Source: Psammoneis japonica (lineage: Eukaryota). From it: a stretch of 64,000 bases of DNA. Positions 11,725-25,513 of the stretch are shown here, in pieces. Within the stretch, counting starts at the first letter, position 1, and every line of letters starts with the position of its first letter. Under the pieces are notes generated by a model, which saw nothing but the letters and a program-made list of their open reading frames with translations, was not told where the DNA came from and made no database searches. A program made the translations under genes and the position numbers. The stretch is taken from positions 186,001 to 250,000 of the forward strand of contig QPGO01000045.1 in the NCBI GenBank assembly GCA_008632985.1. Direction: 5' to 3'.

Positions 11725-13624
11725 TGTTGCAACACTCCTGTTTTAGATTACACTCGTAGCTACGATGTCCAGTAGGCAACTTCTGTTATTTTGTGTTGGG
11801 TTTGTGGTGTTACCGGCTCGCTCTTTTCTCGGAGGGAGTTTTTCGGTTTTTCCTCCGTTATCCTGACGTCATTACAAAATTTTCCTTCAATCATGAATAA
11901 CATATTGAATTTTCAAAAGATCGTGTGTTGAAAATGGCGGGAAACAAGGAAGTTGCAACACAGGCTCTGAGCCTGTGGTTGCAACACCCTCGCTTGTAGT
12001 ACCCCCTTCTCCTGTCATTACCATTATTACTGAACCTTCTGTTGTGTAAGAAGAAGAAGAAATGAATGAAATTGCCATAAAAGGATTGTCGTCACACTTG
12101 CTCAAGGAAGGAGCGTTGGAAGCAAGCACGAGAATGAACCAGAACTCGAGTATCTTATGCAGCAGACGGTTCTAGCTATCCTCATGCAGGAACCTTTGGC
12201 AATGCCTTCGCCACAACTATTGCCATTGAATCATTTCAAATGGTACGACGGGTAACAGCCGTACGGGGATTGGCGTTCGTGGTACGTTTCAACCCTTTAC
12301 GCTAGATGAATATCGACGCTTCCCTGTACGTAGTTTGAGACTTTCTTGATATCAGACGTTCTGCTTTGGTAGGATGGCTCGCTTGGAATTGTGGGGCATC
12401 TTCTTTGCTACGACATGATGCCCATGCTGTCACCATTTACCTTTGGTGATCTAGAATCTACTCTTTTGAGGCGTCTCTAGCCGCTTCTCTTGTATGGATC
12501 GCCAAGAATCCAATACGAGGGTTGATACGACGTTATGGGGAATTGGATGGGGCTGTTACGAGACGGACACGAAAGAGAAACAACAAGGACAAGCTCCCTG
12601 AAAATAAGCAAGAGCCGAAACTACGAACTTTGCGACAGCTGATTGAATGGACAAAGTAGCACATTTCAAAAGCACTCTCACGCAATGATGGGGAGCATGA
12701 GCCAGATATTCACTTTCTTGATGACGACTGAATCGTTCAAAAGGATATTCTCGTAAAGAAGACTCCTTATACAAGAGAAACAGAAGATACACAATGATGC
12801 TTACCACTGCGACATTTTCACGAGGAAAGGAACGATTTCAAAAATCAAGACGTCAAAGGCTTTCAGGAGCGACTGAATTATTTTGCGTGAATGGTAAGTA
12901 CATTGCTTGCCAATTATGGAGCTTTAATATTTTGAAGGAGTGTTCCACTAATGATCCTTTCTTTGCGACACAAATGTCTAGTGTTCCAATGCAGGCTTTT
13001 CTCTTGAGCCTTTTGCAGAGTCGCAGTCCGACATGAAAGATGCGGTCAGTTGCTTTCATTGTCAACCGAGATAACCTTGCCTTATCATCAGAGATCTCAA
13101 CGAAGCATTGAAAGAAGACGGTGGCATCATCCTCGATGTCTGTTGGATTTGCATAGAGACGCAGGAGCTCATTGATGTTGTTGTACCCACACACCACAAG
13201 TCGTACTTTCCTCCGTCGGGCGTGCTTTTGTTGCCCAGCAGAGCCCGTAATAGGATTTGACACCCTTCATGACGGTGCAATAGGGTTGGGCTACCGGAAG
13301 GCTCCGCATGCATGGTACCAAAGAATCTAATTAGTTCTTGCTGGTAAATTCGCATCCATAATGCCTATTGTCGCGGCAAAGCGCTCGATGAAGAAGCACT
13401 CTAGATGAGTTTTATTCAAGCTCCGGCGAGCAAATCTTCGTGCGAGCAGCTTGCTGTGTACGCAAGATGGCTCGTAAACCGTGCAAAACAAAATACGATT
13501 TGCTGCTTGGAGACTTCCACTTTAGCGTAGCAAGTGCTCTGCACCATGGAAACTTTAGAGCAACGATTGAAATGACAGGACCAATTGTTCAAAAAAGAGA
13601 CGAAGGCGGAGCATCACTAGTAGC

Positions 13625-13779
13625 TTGGAGAGCCGTCTTCTTGCTTCAAAGAGGATTTCCTTGCTTATGGCTTGACGAAGTTAAGTAGTACTTGAGGTTG
13701 CGATGACTCCATTGGAGAGATTGGAGAGCCGTCTTCTTGCTTCGAAGAGGATTTCCTTGCTTATGGCTTGAAGAAGTTG
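13625..13779 (+). repeat. Direct repeat of about 58 bp, two copies (13625 and 13721)
   Basis: TTGGAGAGCCGTCTTCTTGCTTC(A/G)AAGAGGATTTCCTTGCTTATGGCTTGA is present twice. Confidence 0.85.
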
Positions 13780-14255
13780 AGAGTACAAGCTAGAATGTCA
13801 GTCCCGGCAAGTCTTGGGTTTCATCAGGAGTAGTTGGCTACTAAACAGGAGAGGAGAGTATGCGAGGCGCACCGCAAACATCCGACCTTCACACCAACCT
13901 CTTTCGCCCGTTGTTTGCAATTCATTTCATTCGGATTAGGATGGCTGGTGCAGTATGAACGACTTAATCTTGGACGAGGACTTGGGAATGCTGCAAGAAA
14001 TATTCTGCTGGTGAGCGGCGTGCTGTCGCATCGAGGACGATAGGGTGTCAATGCTCGATACATAGCAAAGCGTTGCGTCTGAGAGAAGACGAATACCGCA
14101 GGACTCGAATGAACCACAATCTTGGAATGGAGTATTCTTGCAGTGTCCGAATCGGGACGAGAGCCGCATAGCAAGAACCGTGACGTCGTCAAAATGATCC
14201 AGCAACCGATCATCTTCTTGCACTTTGTGAAAGACTTGGACGACTCTTTAAGTTC

Positions 14256-14526
14256 TTGGAGGAGGACTTGGGAAGGCCGCAAGAAAAGGAGAATAGAGTA
14301 TCAAGGCTTAATATATATAATCAAAGCTTTACGTCCAAGAGAAGATGAATACAGTGCGGCTTGAGCGAACGACAGTCTTGCGACGACGTGCTTTGGAGGA
14401 GGACTTTTGAAGGCCGCAAGCAAAGGACGATAGACTATCAAGGCTTGATATACATATCAAAGATTTGCGTCCGAGAGTAGATGAATACAGTACGGCTTGG
14501 GCGAACGACAATCTTGCGATGACGTA
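14256..14526 (+). repeat. Diverged tandem duplication, unit about 137 bp
   Basis: TTGGAGGAGGACTT..GAAGGCCGCAAG...TATCAAGGCTT...GATGAATACAGT.CGGCTTG.GCGAACGACA.TCTTGCGA.GACGT occurs at about 14256 and about 14393. Confidence 0.8.
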
Positions 14527-16369
14527 CTCTTGCAGTGCTCGAACGGGGACAAGAGCCACATGTCAAGAGAGAGTTCTTGGAGGAGGACTATATCGAGGAA
14601 ATGACTTGTGCTCTTCGACGAAATGCACCAGAAGGAAGACAAGCGTCATTCTTCAACTCTTTCGATTCGACACATCTTAGTTGGAAAATAACTTTCGAGA
14701 ACAGATGTCGTAACATGACAAGGGAAGAAATGGTTCGATCCGAGTGGCTCCTAGCAATGGTAGATCCCATCGAAGTGCAGCTTTCGTCGATTCTCTTTTT
14801 CTTTCCTTATTCATCTTACGATGCATCCTTATTTGAAGCACGGCATGAACCTGCGACAGACTCGATGGAAGCAGCAGCGTAGCCATATCGAGTACATGAC
14901 TAATGCTACCTTCGATGAAGTGCTTCCCAAGTAAAGCAAGCGTCATTCTTCAACTCTTTCGACTTGACACATCTTGAGATTCGCCTTGTTGGACTCGATA
15001 TGAGGCTTGAAGGTAGATACAATTGATATTCGGATGGCGCTTGACGGAGCACTTCAGCCGGCATACTGCTACAACGAGGATATTTGGATATCCTTTCTCG
15101 ATACATGTGACAGCTTTGAGTTCTGCTCATGCTTTTGGGCTTTGATATATTTTGAAAAAAGAACTTCTGAAAAGGAATCGCTCGAGAGACGGAGATATCA
15201 CGCTTTCGCTTCATACGGGTAGGACTCTAGAGAGAGCCATGACAACACTGTTGCCGTACCATCGTCAACAAGGACCAGCAATTGATAACCTTGTAAATAG
15301 CATGTGGACCCCCCCTGGTTGCATTTCTTCATTCATATTCGTCTGTCAAAAATAGAAATCAAAATCTGAATAAAAGTGTGAGTTATGAAGTATAACTCAG
15401 CGAGACGGTCACAATCGCAAACGCAACAAAACAGATCTTCAAACGCTGTGGGACGTGGAGAATATAGCTGATATAACGGGCCGGCGACCCATAGGAGTAT
15501 TAAACCTACGGGGGTACAGATATGAGATGCTCAATGAGCAACTCAAGCGGTCTGAACCACCTTACAACCTTCACGAAAAAGGCTGCCCTTCGGGGTATCT
15601 AGCACACCGTCTTAGTCCACGACGTCTACAGGCGTTCAGCGTGCATTCAAAAAAGAAAGCAGGGGCTGGCCCTCACATGGTTCCTGCTTAAACAACCATT
15701 GCACTAAAAAGTGCGTTGGTTGGCACCGGGTTACTGCCGCATTGGACGTTTACAAGCATTCAGCGCACACGCAAGAAGCGAGTTTGCTGGCAATCGTGGT
15801 GTGTCTCCGTCGGAACCACGGACCACTTTGACAGGCAATCGTCATTTCACCTCGAACCGACTTCCAAAGATATACGCAATCAAACGCACAGAGGAAAACC
15901 GTCAAGGACCCAAGCCTTCAGGTCTACATGGTAATCGTGTGCGGACGACATTCAATGACTTAACTCCAGCAGATCCAACTCGCAACGGGAACGAGACGAT
16001 CGACTCACCTTTGGCAGAAAACTGATGCAACCATGGCAATGAAGATAGTGATGCGTTTCAAAAGGTCTAATGGCGATTTTTGTGTGCTCCGTGCAACAAT
16101 GAGCAAAAGTGATTCGGAACTCGCCTTTCCCGGGTTTGCCGTTTCAAATTTTTTTTGAAAATGTGGCGGGAAAACCAACGGCTTCTTCCACTATCACATT
16201 TTTTTGTGCTACTTGCGAACCCTAATGACGTCAGTCAAATTCAGAAAAGTACGAGTTCCGAACTCCAAGATTTCTTTGCCCCAACCTTCACACCTCACAC
16301 CTCACACATATCACCACCCATTACGCCTGGCAATGGCGTCGTCAAAAGCACCACTGTGCAGTGTTTTCC

Positions 16370-17148
16370 ATGATGTTCCACCCCACATGGTTCTCATACA
16401 TCCTTACAATCTCCAGTGCTTTTTGTATTCGATTGGTATGGGTAATTGCAGTGGTGTATCGCCGTCGTAAGTTCCCGACGAAACGCAACAAAAGATATCC
16501 TCCCAGTTCGACAAAGTTCCGACCCATCAAGACGTTGGTGGTCTTGGGAAGCGGTGGCCATACTACCGAAATGCTTCAGTTGCTGGTAAATGTAGACGCT
16601 TCTATATATTCTCCGCTGATTTATGTGGTTGCCACTTCGGATGACACGAGTGAACGACGAGTAGCCGCAAGCACGGGTGGTCGACAGCCTGATGCGATTT
16701 GCAAAATCCCAAGAAGTCGAGAGGTGGGACAATCTTACATTACTTCAGTCGCTACAACCCTGTATTCCTTTCCTTATTCATTTTGGTTGGTCGGTCGCAT
16801 ACGACCAGATTTGCTTCTCTGTAATGGTCCAGGAACTTGTCTCCCGATAGCAATTGCAACGTTGGTATTTAGAATACTGGGGTTGTGCGAAGGGAACTTG
16901 GTTTTTGTAGAGTCGTTTTGTCGTGTTACCAGGTACGTTGTTTACTTTTGATTTAGTGTGTGAGGCTTCATCTGAATGTGACATTTTTTATAACGAAACA
17001 TTCATTCTTTTGTTTCTATCGATTCAGCCTGTCCCTCACGGGCAAGCTGCTCTATCCAGTTGCTGATATGTTTGTTGTTCACTGGAAGGAGCTACAGCAG
17101 CGGTATCCACGGAGCCAGACTGTCGCGACCTTTGTTCCTAATCGATAG
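16370..17148 (+). CDS. ALG14: UDP-N-acetylglucosamine transferase subunit ALG14; exons 16370-16932, 17028-17148
   Basis: TLVVLGSGGHTTEML, IPRSREVGQSY, PDLLLCNGPGTCLP, FVESFCRV.S|LSLTGKLLY, N-terminal TM segment. Confidence 0.93.
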
Positions 17149-17323
17149 TCACTAATGAGTTTGTACGGAAGTTCTTTGACTTGCTTCAAAAGAGGCTTCT
17201 GCTCTCTAGAGATCTCGTTGCAGTCGTATTGTGGTCACTGGGGAACCAACGCTAACGAGCCACCGATAAGACACACCAACCGCACAATTGGAAATACAAT
17301 ATAAAAGTAAGAAGCAACCTCCT

Positions 17324-17966
17324 TTAAAAGAACTTAATTCCGTCCTCCGAAGATGTATCTCCCTGGAAGACTGCACACTTGCCCTGATCTTGGAGTATAT
17401 CTAGTGCACGCCGTAACAGTTCCTCGTCCGCGCCCTGAAAAGACATTCCATTGACATCTTCACCGCTGTGTAACTCATATACAGTACAAACACTGTTAAT
17501 GTACCCATTAGCCTGCGCCCAATCATAAATATCGGATGCCAATTGATTTGGTTTTCGCCACAAAATTCGACACCGCGTCTTGTTGGAAGGGTCTTCCCAT
17601 TCGCCATGGCCACTATTGCAAAAATCCTCCATGACAGTTTGAATCCCCTCGGGTGTCAAGCGCCTCTTTATGTCATCGTTACGCCACAATGGACAGTCGT
17701 GCACGACAAGGGTTTTGATTCGATTGTCCGTGTGATACCGCAGTATCAACTCTCGCCACAGCGCCATTTGCTTTTCCCGTGTTGCCAACACTGGCTGAAT
17801 TGTAAAAAAGGGAGGAAACGAATAAAACTCTGGGAACTGCAAATTATGAAATGTATTGATACGCATTATTGCAAAGGAAAATGGTGAGAATCAAGTGACG
17901 AAAGAGCAGGATATAGAGTGTGAGATTTCTGTGCAGAACTGAACTCACCTCGAAATTCGTAGACAT
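17324..17966 (-). CDS. VPS25: ESCRT-II subunit VPS25; exons about 17966-17949 and 17836-17324
   Basis: MSTNFE|FPEFYSFPPFFTIQP...TREKQMALW, ILWRKP, VCTVYEL..G, C-terminal GIKFF. Confidence 0.93.
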
Positions 17967-18528
17967 TGTCAACAACAACTAAGAAAGGAAAGTAGCAGTA
18001 TCGGACTATAAATAGGTCAATGACGATTTGAGAGTATCAACAGGCTTGTTCAGGCAACCGGCAGCAAGCAGCAGCGAAGAATAGCAATGCCATCGCGATA
18101 GTCGCGAGAGAAGACGAAAATGAACAAAGCAGCAAGTTCCGCCGGGCGGGGGTCGGACGGCGTGACTCTGGATTTCTCATCTTTCCTCACTCATACGGTA
18201 CTATGGGTATCCAAACCTGGGAAGGTGGGGCTGGTAGTGTGGCAGATCGACAGCAACTGTGATGCAAATCAGCGGCTCTAGTACCGAGAAATTGTCTACG
18301 TTGATTCTCTAGAGAGCCCCGTTGCACACTAATGAGCCAATCGTGACTTTTCAACTTTTCTTTAGCTCTTGTTCATTGCTATAGCTATGACTTGAGTCAC
18401 TTCTATTTCCCAAGTATGTTGTCCCTACCGCAATGCCAACAAAGCTTGCGTACTGTCTTGTAGTGATTCCTCACTGATCCGCGTGTAATCATATCCATCT
18501 TCCACTCTCCTGCTACATCCATCTCTCT

Positions 18529-19872
18529 TTACAATCCCAAATCTCCAGTTATTTGCCAAACGAGAAGCTTTCCATCATCGCCACCCGAGTAAAAGGTACT
18601 GGAGGGCCCCTCTCGAATCGCCTTGACGGGTCCGTCATGACCAGTCGTAAACCTTTTGTTGAGGGTAAATAAAAGACAAAACGCTGGTGCATTGTTTGTT
18701 TGCACAACATTCCGCACCATGATGCCTCCCCAATCAAGTCCCAGCAAAAGAATGGGGTGTCCCTTTGTGTCCTTGGAGAGCGCCATGCTGACAACGCCAC
18801 CTCCGTGCGATTCACTCGCGACACAATCGGCATTCTGTCCGTTCCAAGCCTTGACCGTTCCGTCCAACGAGGAACTCAACACAAAGGTACCACTCGAAGA
18901 CGAAAATGCCAATAGTTCCGTAACGGCGTGAGTATGACCCACACCGGCTCCACCCGTGTTGGTTTGAGGATTGGTCGTGACACCACCTCCCGGTGTCTTG
19001 CTGGTAATAACGTGAGCCAGCTCTCCGTTCTTGTTGAGATCCCAAAGTCGAATCGACCGATCCGACGAAGACGAGCTCCACAACATGGTATTGTCCACAA
19101 TGACTAGTCCCGTAACTTCTCCGACATGTCCATGAAGCGTATGGTTCAACACAAACCGATCTCCTGAATAGGACCAGACCCGAATGACTCCATCCCGTGA
19201 TCCACTCAATACCTTGTGATCACTCCCAACGACTTTGATTTGTGTCACGGTCTGGGCATGCGCATAGGGCGCTAGCGCACTCATGTGAAATTCCAGTGGC
19301 GGGTTGGTCGGAGACGCCAAGTTCCATGCGTGAATCATGCCCGCCTTGACGTCGGGCAGCGACAGCGAAACGGCTTCAAAGCCACAAAACATAAAGTTGG
19401 ACGCCACCTCCAGACACGCGAGCTCGCCGCCGCCCATGTTGTGCTCAAATTCCTTGGCAAAGTTGGCAGCCGCGTTCCATAATCGCCAATATCCGTCCTG
19501 GGAGGCTGTGAAAATCTTGATGGCGCCTTGTGTTTCCCAAATCGATACAGCACTGACACCAGATTTGGTGTTGCTGTTTTTGTTATTGTTGTAATTGCTG
19601 TTGTAATTGTTGCGATTGTTGTTGGTATTGCCAGGCACAACGTCGATTGACGCGTGGAGTTGACATACATGAGCAAATGTGCAATTGTGGTTGGAGCATT
19701 TGCCAGTAGTAGTAAATTCACGGCACGGTTTCAACCGAGGATGAGGACCGTCGGGGGTAGAGTGCGAGTGATGGCCTCCTCCGCCGCCGCCGCCTCCACG
19801 GCCTCCTCCGCGATAACTGGAACGCCCTCGTCCTCGACCACGACCTCGACTGGAACCACCGTAATTCGACAT
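18529..19872 (-). CDS. RGG-rich N-terminus + CCCH zinc finger + WD40 repeat protein (ZFWD-like)
   Basis: CREFTTTGKCSNHNCTFAH zinc finger; repeated GH...SGS.DG.IRVW WD40 units; intact single ORF. Confidence 0.88.
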   Translation of the reverse strand: MSNYGGSSRGRGRGRGRSSYRGGGRGGGGGGGGHHSHSTPDGPHPRLKPCREFTTTGKCSNHNCTFAHVCQLHASIDVVPGNTNNNRNNYNSNYNNNKNSNTKSGVSAVSIWETQGAIKIFTASQDGYWRLWNAAANFAKEFEHNMGGGELACLEVASNFMFCGFEAVSLSLPDVKAGMIHAWNLASPTNPPLEFHMSALAPYAHAQTVTQIKVVGSDHKVLSGSRDGVIRVWSYSGDRFVLNHTLHGHVGEVTGLVIVDNTMLWSSSSSDRSIRLWDLNKNGELAHVITSKTPGGGVTTNPQTNTGGAGVGHTHAVTELLAFSSSSGTFVLSSSLDGTVKAWNGQNADCVASESHGGGVVSMALSKDTKGHPILLLGLDWGGIMVRNVVQTNNAPAFCLLFTLNKRFTTGHDGPVKAIREGPSSTFYSGGDDGKLLVWQITGDLGL

Positions 19873-21217
19873 TGCAGATCTTTGTATGTATCAAGTGAAG
19901 CTATGATCAAAAGAGAGCAAAATCAGAACGGGTGCCAGAGCAGACAAGCAACGCAACCATAGGAGGCGAAACATACCGCGTGCGCAAGAAATTCAAGTTA
20001 GATCCCCCATTGTTTCTCTAGCCATTCTCACTCACTTATCTTCTGCCTTCATACTATATACTTACCTACTGATCCCACAGACTTATGCGAACAAGTCTCT
20101 CTTCGGTGACTGACTGGCGCTTTGCTCGTTGTTGCTGTTTGCTTGTTGCCGCTCCAATGCAAAAAGAGTGGTGCGGCGTGCGCTGAGTGTCTGTAGAAAT
20201 CCACGCGGTGTTTGTACGGAACGGAATCCCACCATGGTACGTAGAACGTACGTGCACACAAGTATTGAGTCTCACCCGGATGTAAAAGTCATAAGTGAGA
20301 CAGATAACTGTCCTCGAGCAATCCGCAAGGCGAGATTCCCCATTCCATTTGAAAGTTCCCGAACTTCCTGGCCGCCTCTCTCACCGGCTGCTTTGTTTCC
20401 TCTCATTCTTTTGGAAACAACAACAGCAAGCCGGCCCGTAGATAGATTAAAACGCTATCGCTTCGACGCAGGATACCTCCGCCGCTGTTGTCTTTCGTTT
20501 CCGTAGAAGAAGTTGCCATTGAGCATGTTGAATCCAGGAGGTTTTCCTCCAGCGAATCCAGGAGCGCCAGCTCCAGAGGAGCCTCAGGCTCCCAATGTAG
20601 CGCCACCTGTACATCCAGCACCAGGGACAAGGCCCGCCTCAGGGGCCACCAATCCCACCACAGGGGCAGCAACAGCCGCCCCCTCCAGCCGCGCAAGCAC
20701 CACCACAGGCTGTTCCACCGGCACAAGCCGGCGGACAACCGAATGTTCATGGCCATGGACAACCGGTGGCCATGCCACCTCTTCCACACGCCATGCGCAC
20801 GTGCGCAGATTTCTACACCACGCAGGCGTTGGATCCGCACTGCGGTGCGTGCGCGAACACTGTGGCAGACGCAGCCGCGGCCGCAAACGGCCAGCCCCGT
20901 TACAGCCCCGCTGCGCTGTTTACAAGATTGACCGCGGCGTGCCTCGGAAATGACCCGGGAAAGATTCAAATTTCCCATCGAATCTCCACTCATCCGATCA
21001 CGGTGGTTGGCGACCCGCAGCCTTGGGACGGCCGCCACTTCGGTCTTGTGGGCGACCTCACCCACGATCAGCATCAAGTTGCCAAGCACACGGCGGACTC
21101 AATGCAACTGGCACCAGCTGGCATGCACGTCTTGGAAGATGCAGCCATGCTTGCTGTGATTGCAGCAACTCCGGATGGCCTGCACCCGGCCGTCAACGAC
21201 CAAACGCCGGACGCCNN

Positions 21218-21670
21218 TGTGCCTTTCCCAAACCAGGTCACCCAGGACCTCGCCACCTACGAGAATCCTCACGGCCCGATCACCAACACCGACCTTGAAC
21301 TCGTGGGCAGCATCGTCCACACATGCGCTGCATCTGAATGTTTCGACCTGCGGGAGCGCACCAACCTTCAGCGCACTGATGGTTTGGGCACTTTGTTCTG
21401 GCAACGCAAAGGTTCCTCCACTGCCTCTAAGCTTCGTGCCGAGTTCCATCACTGCCAAGCTTGCCATCAACGATTCCATCGTCACGTCACCATTCACGAC
21501 TTCCTACAAGGCACCCTCAACACCGCCGCTGACGATGCTTCCCGTTTACAATCCCTGACCAACACGGAATTTTTGCACCATTTTAATGCTCATTACCCGC
21601 AGACCAAACCTTGGCGCTTGTGGACCCCGCCACGAAAGCTGATTTCCTTCGTGACCTCGGTGCTGCGCAG
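21218..21670 (+). pseudogene. DIRS-type RNase H domain remnant
   Basis: NPHGPITNTDLELVG...RTDGLGTLFWQRKGSST...HDFLQGTLNTAADDASRL. Confidence 0.75.
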
Positions 21671-22670
21671 AGAGCCGTTGCCCTCGCAGTTGCCCCTTCA
21701 CGAGCCTCCGCCGCCGATGCCCATTGGAACCTCTGGGCCAATTTCTGCCACACACTGGCCGTCGATCCACTCCTTGTCAAGTCGAAGACCCCATCTCATT
21801 CCTCCAAGTCTTCCTCCACCGATGTCGAGTCGGAGTCCTCGCCCCACGTGGCAATCCCGTCCGTGCACGCACCGCTGAAGATGCCCCACGGTCGGTTGGC
21901 CAAACGTTCACTGCAATGGGGGCCCCGGACCCACGGCTCACCCTCCAAGGCGGCTTGGATTTCCGTCTCACCCGCCAGATCCGTCACTGCAAGAAGCAGG
22001 ATCCGCCCACCGACCGTGTAAAACCTGTCCCCGTGGCCGCACTCCATTGGATCTTGGCTGCTGCTGCCACCAGTCAGCACCCCGGCACCCATGCTGTCGC
22101 TGACATGATCGCCCTTGCCTTTTTCTTTCTCTTGCGTCCTGGTGAACACACAGCCACCCCTTCGGAGACTGCTCCTTTTCGGCTCGCCGACGTACGCCTC
22201 TCCGCTGGTGGCATCTATTTGGATGTCTTCCACACCCCAGACGCGCAGCTCGCCGCTGCAACCTTCACCACGCTCACCTTCACTGCGCAAAAGAATGGAG
22301 TTCGTGGCAAAGTCATCGGCCTTGGCCAGTCTACTTCTGCAACGGACGCTGGCACCGAGTCAGTCCCACTGACATCACGTCCATCCTCTGCACTGCCGTC
22401 ACTGCACTTGGTCCACAGAATCTCGGATTCCTTCCCTCCGATGTCTCCGCGCGCTGCCTTCGAGCCGCGGGTGCCATGGGATTGCTGTGTGCCCAAGTCG
22501 ACACGGACACAATTCGTCTCTTGGGCCGATGGCGGTCCGACGAAATGCTCCAATGCCTCCATCTACAAGCGGAGCCCATCATGCGCAATTTCGCCCAACG
22601 CATGCTCGCCGGTGGCCACTTCGTCCTCCATCCGAATGCCGACGTTCCCATTGCTCCTGCCATGCCTTGA
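21611..22670 (+). pseudogene. Tyrosine recombinase, frameshifted, catalytic Tyr position mutated
   Basis: DPPTDRVKPVP, AFFFLLRPGEH, FTAQKNGVRG, then in another frame SARCLRAAGAMGLLCAQVDTDTIRLLGRWRSDEMLQCLHLQA. Confidence 0.85.
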
Positions 22671-23842
22671 CCGCCACAGCCCGCCAGACGATCCCACCTC
22701 TCCCACCCAATTTATCACAGCCTCCACTGCGCCCTGCGCAGCTCATGCAATGCATTTAAAGGTGGCTGGAGGCCCTTGCCGTCCAGCCTGGGTTTCTTGT
22801 TTGGAGAAGGAAAGCTCGTGTGCCAGCAAAGCCCACTCCACTCCCACCTTGGATCACTGGCCTTTAGATTTACACCAGCTTGAAGATCGCCGCCGAGGAC
22901 AAACGAGAAAAGCGGCGATAGCCGCTGTCCTCGAGCAATCCGCAAGGCGAGATTCCCCATTCCATTTGAAAGTTCCCGAACTTCCTGGCCGCCTCTCTCA
23001 CCGGCTGCTTTGTTTCCTCTCACTCTTTTGGAAACAACAACAGCAAGCCGGCCCGCAGACAGATTAAAACGCTCCCACCTCTCCCGCCCTCTGGCCCTTG
23101 CCGTCCAGCCTGGGTTTCTTGTTTGGAGAAGGAAAGTTCGTGTGCTAGTAAAGCCCACTCCACTCCTACCTTGGATCACTGGCCTTTAGATTTACACTAG
23201 CTTGAAGATCGCCGCCGAGGATAAACGAGAAAAGCGGCGATAGCCGCGCGATCATCTGTTGAAAACACGATTCAGAATGACTCGAGAAGCGACGGAATGA
23301 CGAATATTCGCCCAGTTTTCTTTTTTCTCAAAAACATTTGGTCTCTCTCTATCTTCTCTACCTAGAGTTAGGAATGCTAGAGTTCGTCAGGCAAAAGACA
23401 TGTTGGCTACTCGCCTCTTTCACAGAACCTCGTGTGAAACATCTGAAGATATTTTTGCCTTTGCACAGGCACCATGTCTCAAGGCGACAAGGAACTAATA
23501 GAAACGACTAAGTACACTGAAAGAGGTGCTGTTAGAGACGAACAAACTCAAAATTTCTGAGTCGCATACTTGGCGGATCCAAGAGTTGCTCTTGCGACGT
23601 CACGGTCTCTTATTCTAATGGCACAACTAGAGTCTGCATCTGCGACGTCTATTCACACTCCACGAGAGAAACAAACAAGGTGCTCACGTATATGCGACTA
23701 GCGCACACTTTGGTCACTCGAAAACGAAATGCGTGAGTAACCACAACTACTATCAAGCCAGTAAGCTATAATGATCAGATGGCTGCTTAAAAAGTATAGT
23801 AACATCATCAAAACATCATGGTATCTGTCCGCGGATCCAACC

Positions 23843-24740
<898 letters not shown>

Positions 24741-25513
24741 GGTTTCCTATTTTGAACCAAGGAGCAGGCTCTTTTCTTTCTCAACAACAGAGAAGTGCCA
24801 TGCCAGCAAACGAATGTTTGAAGTGCTCGCGTTGTTCCGCCTCAAACGGCATGCATCCGTTGAGAATTTAAATAATATATTCAGAAATTTTATGTCTATA
24901 CTACGGATCATTTCAAAACCATCATGATGAGGAAGTCGATATTTTTGCGGACGCACAACAGGCAGAATATTACCGTGTATGTGTATCTTAATAACTTATA
25001 TAAAGTCATTGTATTAAATAAAAATCAGTTGTATGGTCATTTTACTAAGTAAAAATCATATAAATGTTAGATGGGCAATTGTGCGTGACCGAACTTTTTG
25101 CTCATGAAATGATGACTTTTCTCTCCTCATTTTTTTCTTCTTCTTCTTGCAACAACTCGAAGGCATCCTTCATCCCCACGAGGCTTCCTAATCAGTAGAA
25201 GTACGAATCTAACTGCTACCTATTGTGAATGTAAGAGGACACTGTGCGTTTCTTCGCTTCCGTCCGATCCTAAAGGAATCGTTTTGTTCCTTGTCACATT
25301 TTCCGAGCAGTTTCGTTCTCACGAGCAGTTGATTTGTTGTTTTTGCCACCTCTAAGAGCATCGCATTCTGAGAGAAACAAAGTCGTAGTGAAAAAAAGTC
25401 GTTGAAAGATCGATATTCCTCTGTCAAGCAGCTATAGTGTAACCAACCTTCGATTCATTTGAAGATTCTAAGACATTATCTCTTCCTACTGTTCAACAAC
25501 CCAAGACATTCGA

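Larger units (their letters stand above)
20308..23247 (+). mobile_element. Tyrosine-recombinase (DIRS-order; Ngaro/PAT-like) retrotransposon with split direct repeats A1-[ORFs]-B1-A2-B2; decayed, RT not visible
   Basis: A1 20308-20456 matches A2 22925-23073; B1 22771-22925 matches B2 23093-23247. RNase H motifs (TNTDLEL, G.LN.AADDASR) and recombinase motifs (FFFLLRPGE, QKNG.RG, LGRWRSD). No TSD seen. An nn gap lies at 21216-21217. Confidence 0.9.
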
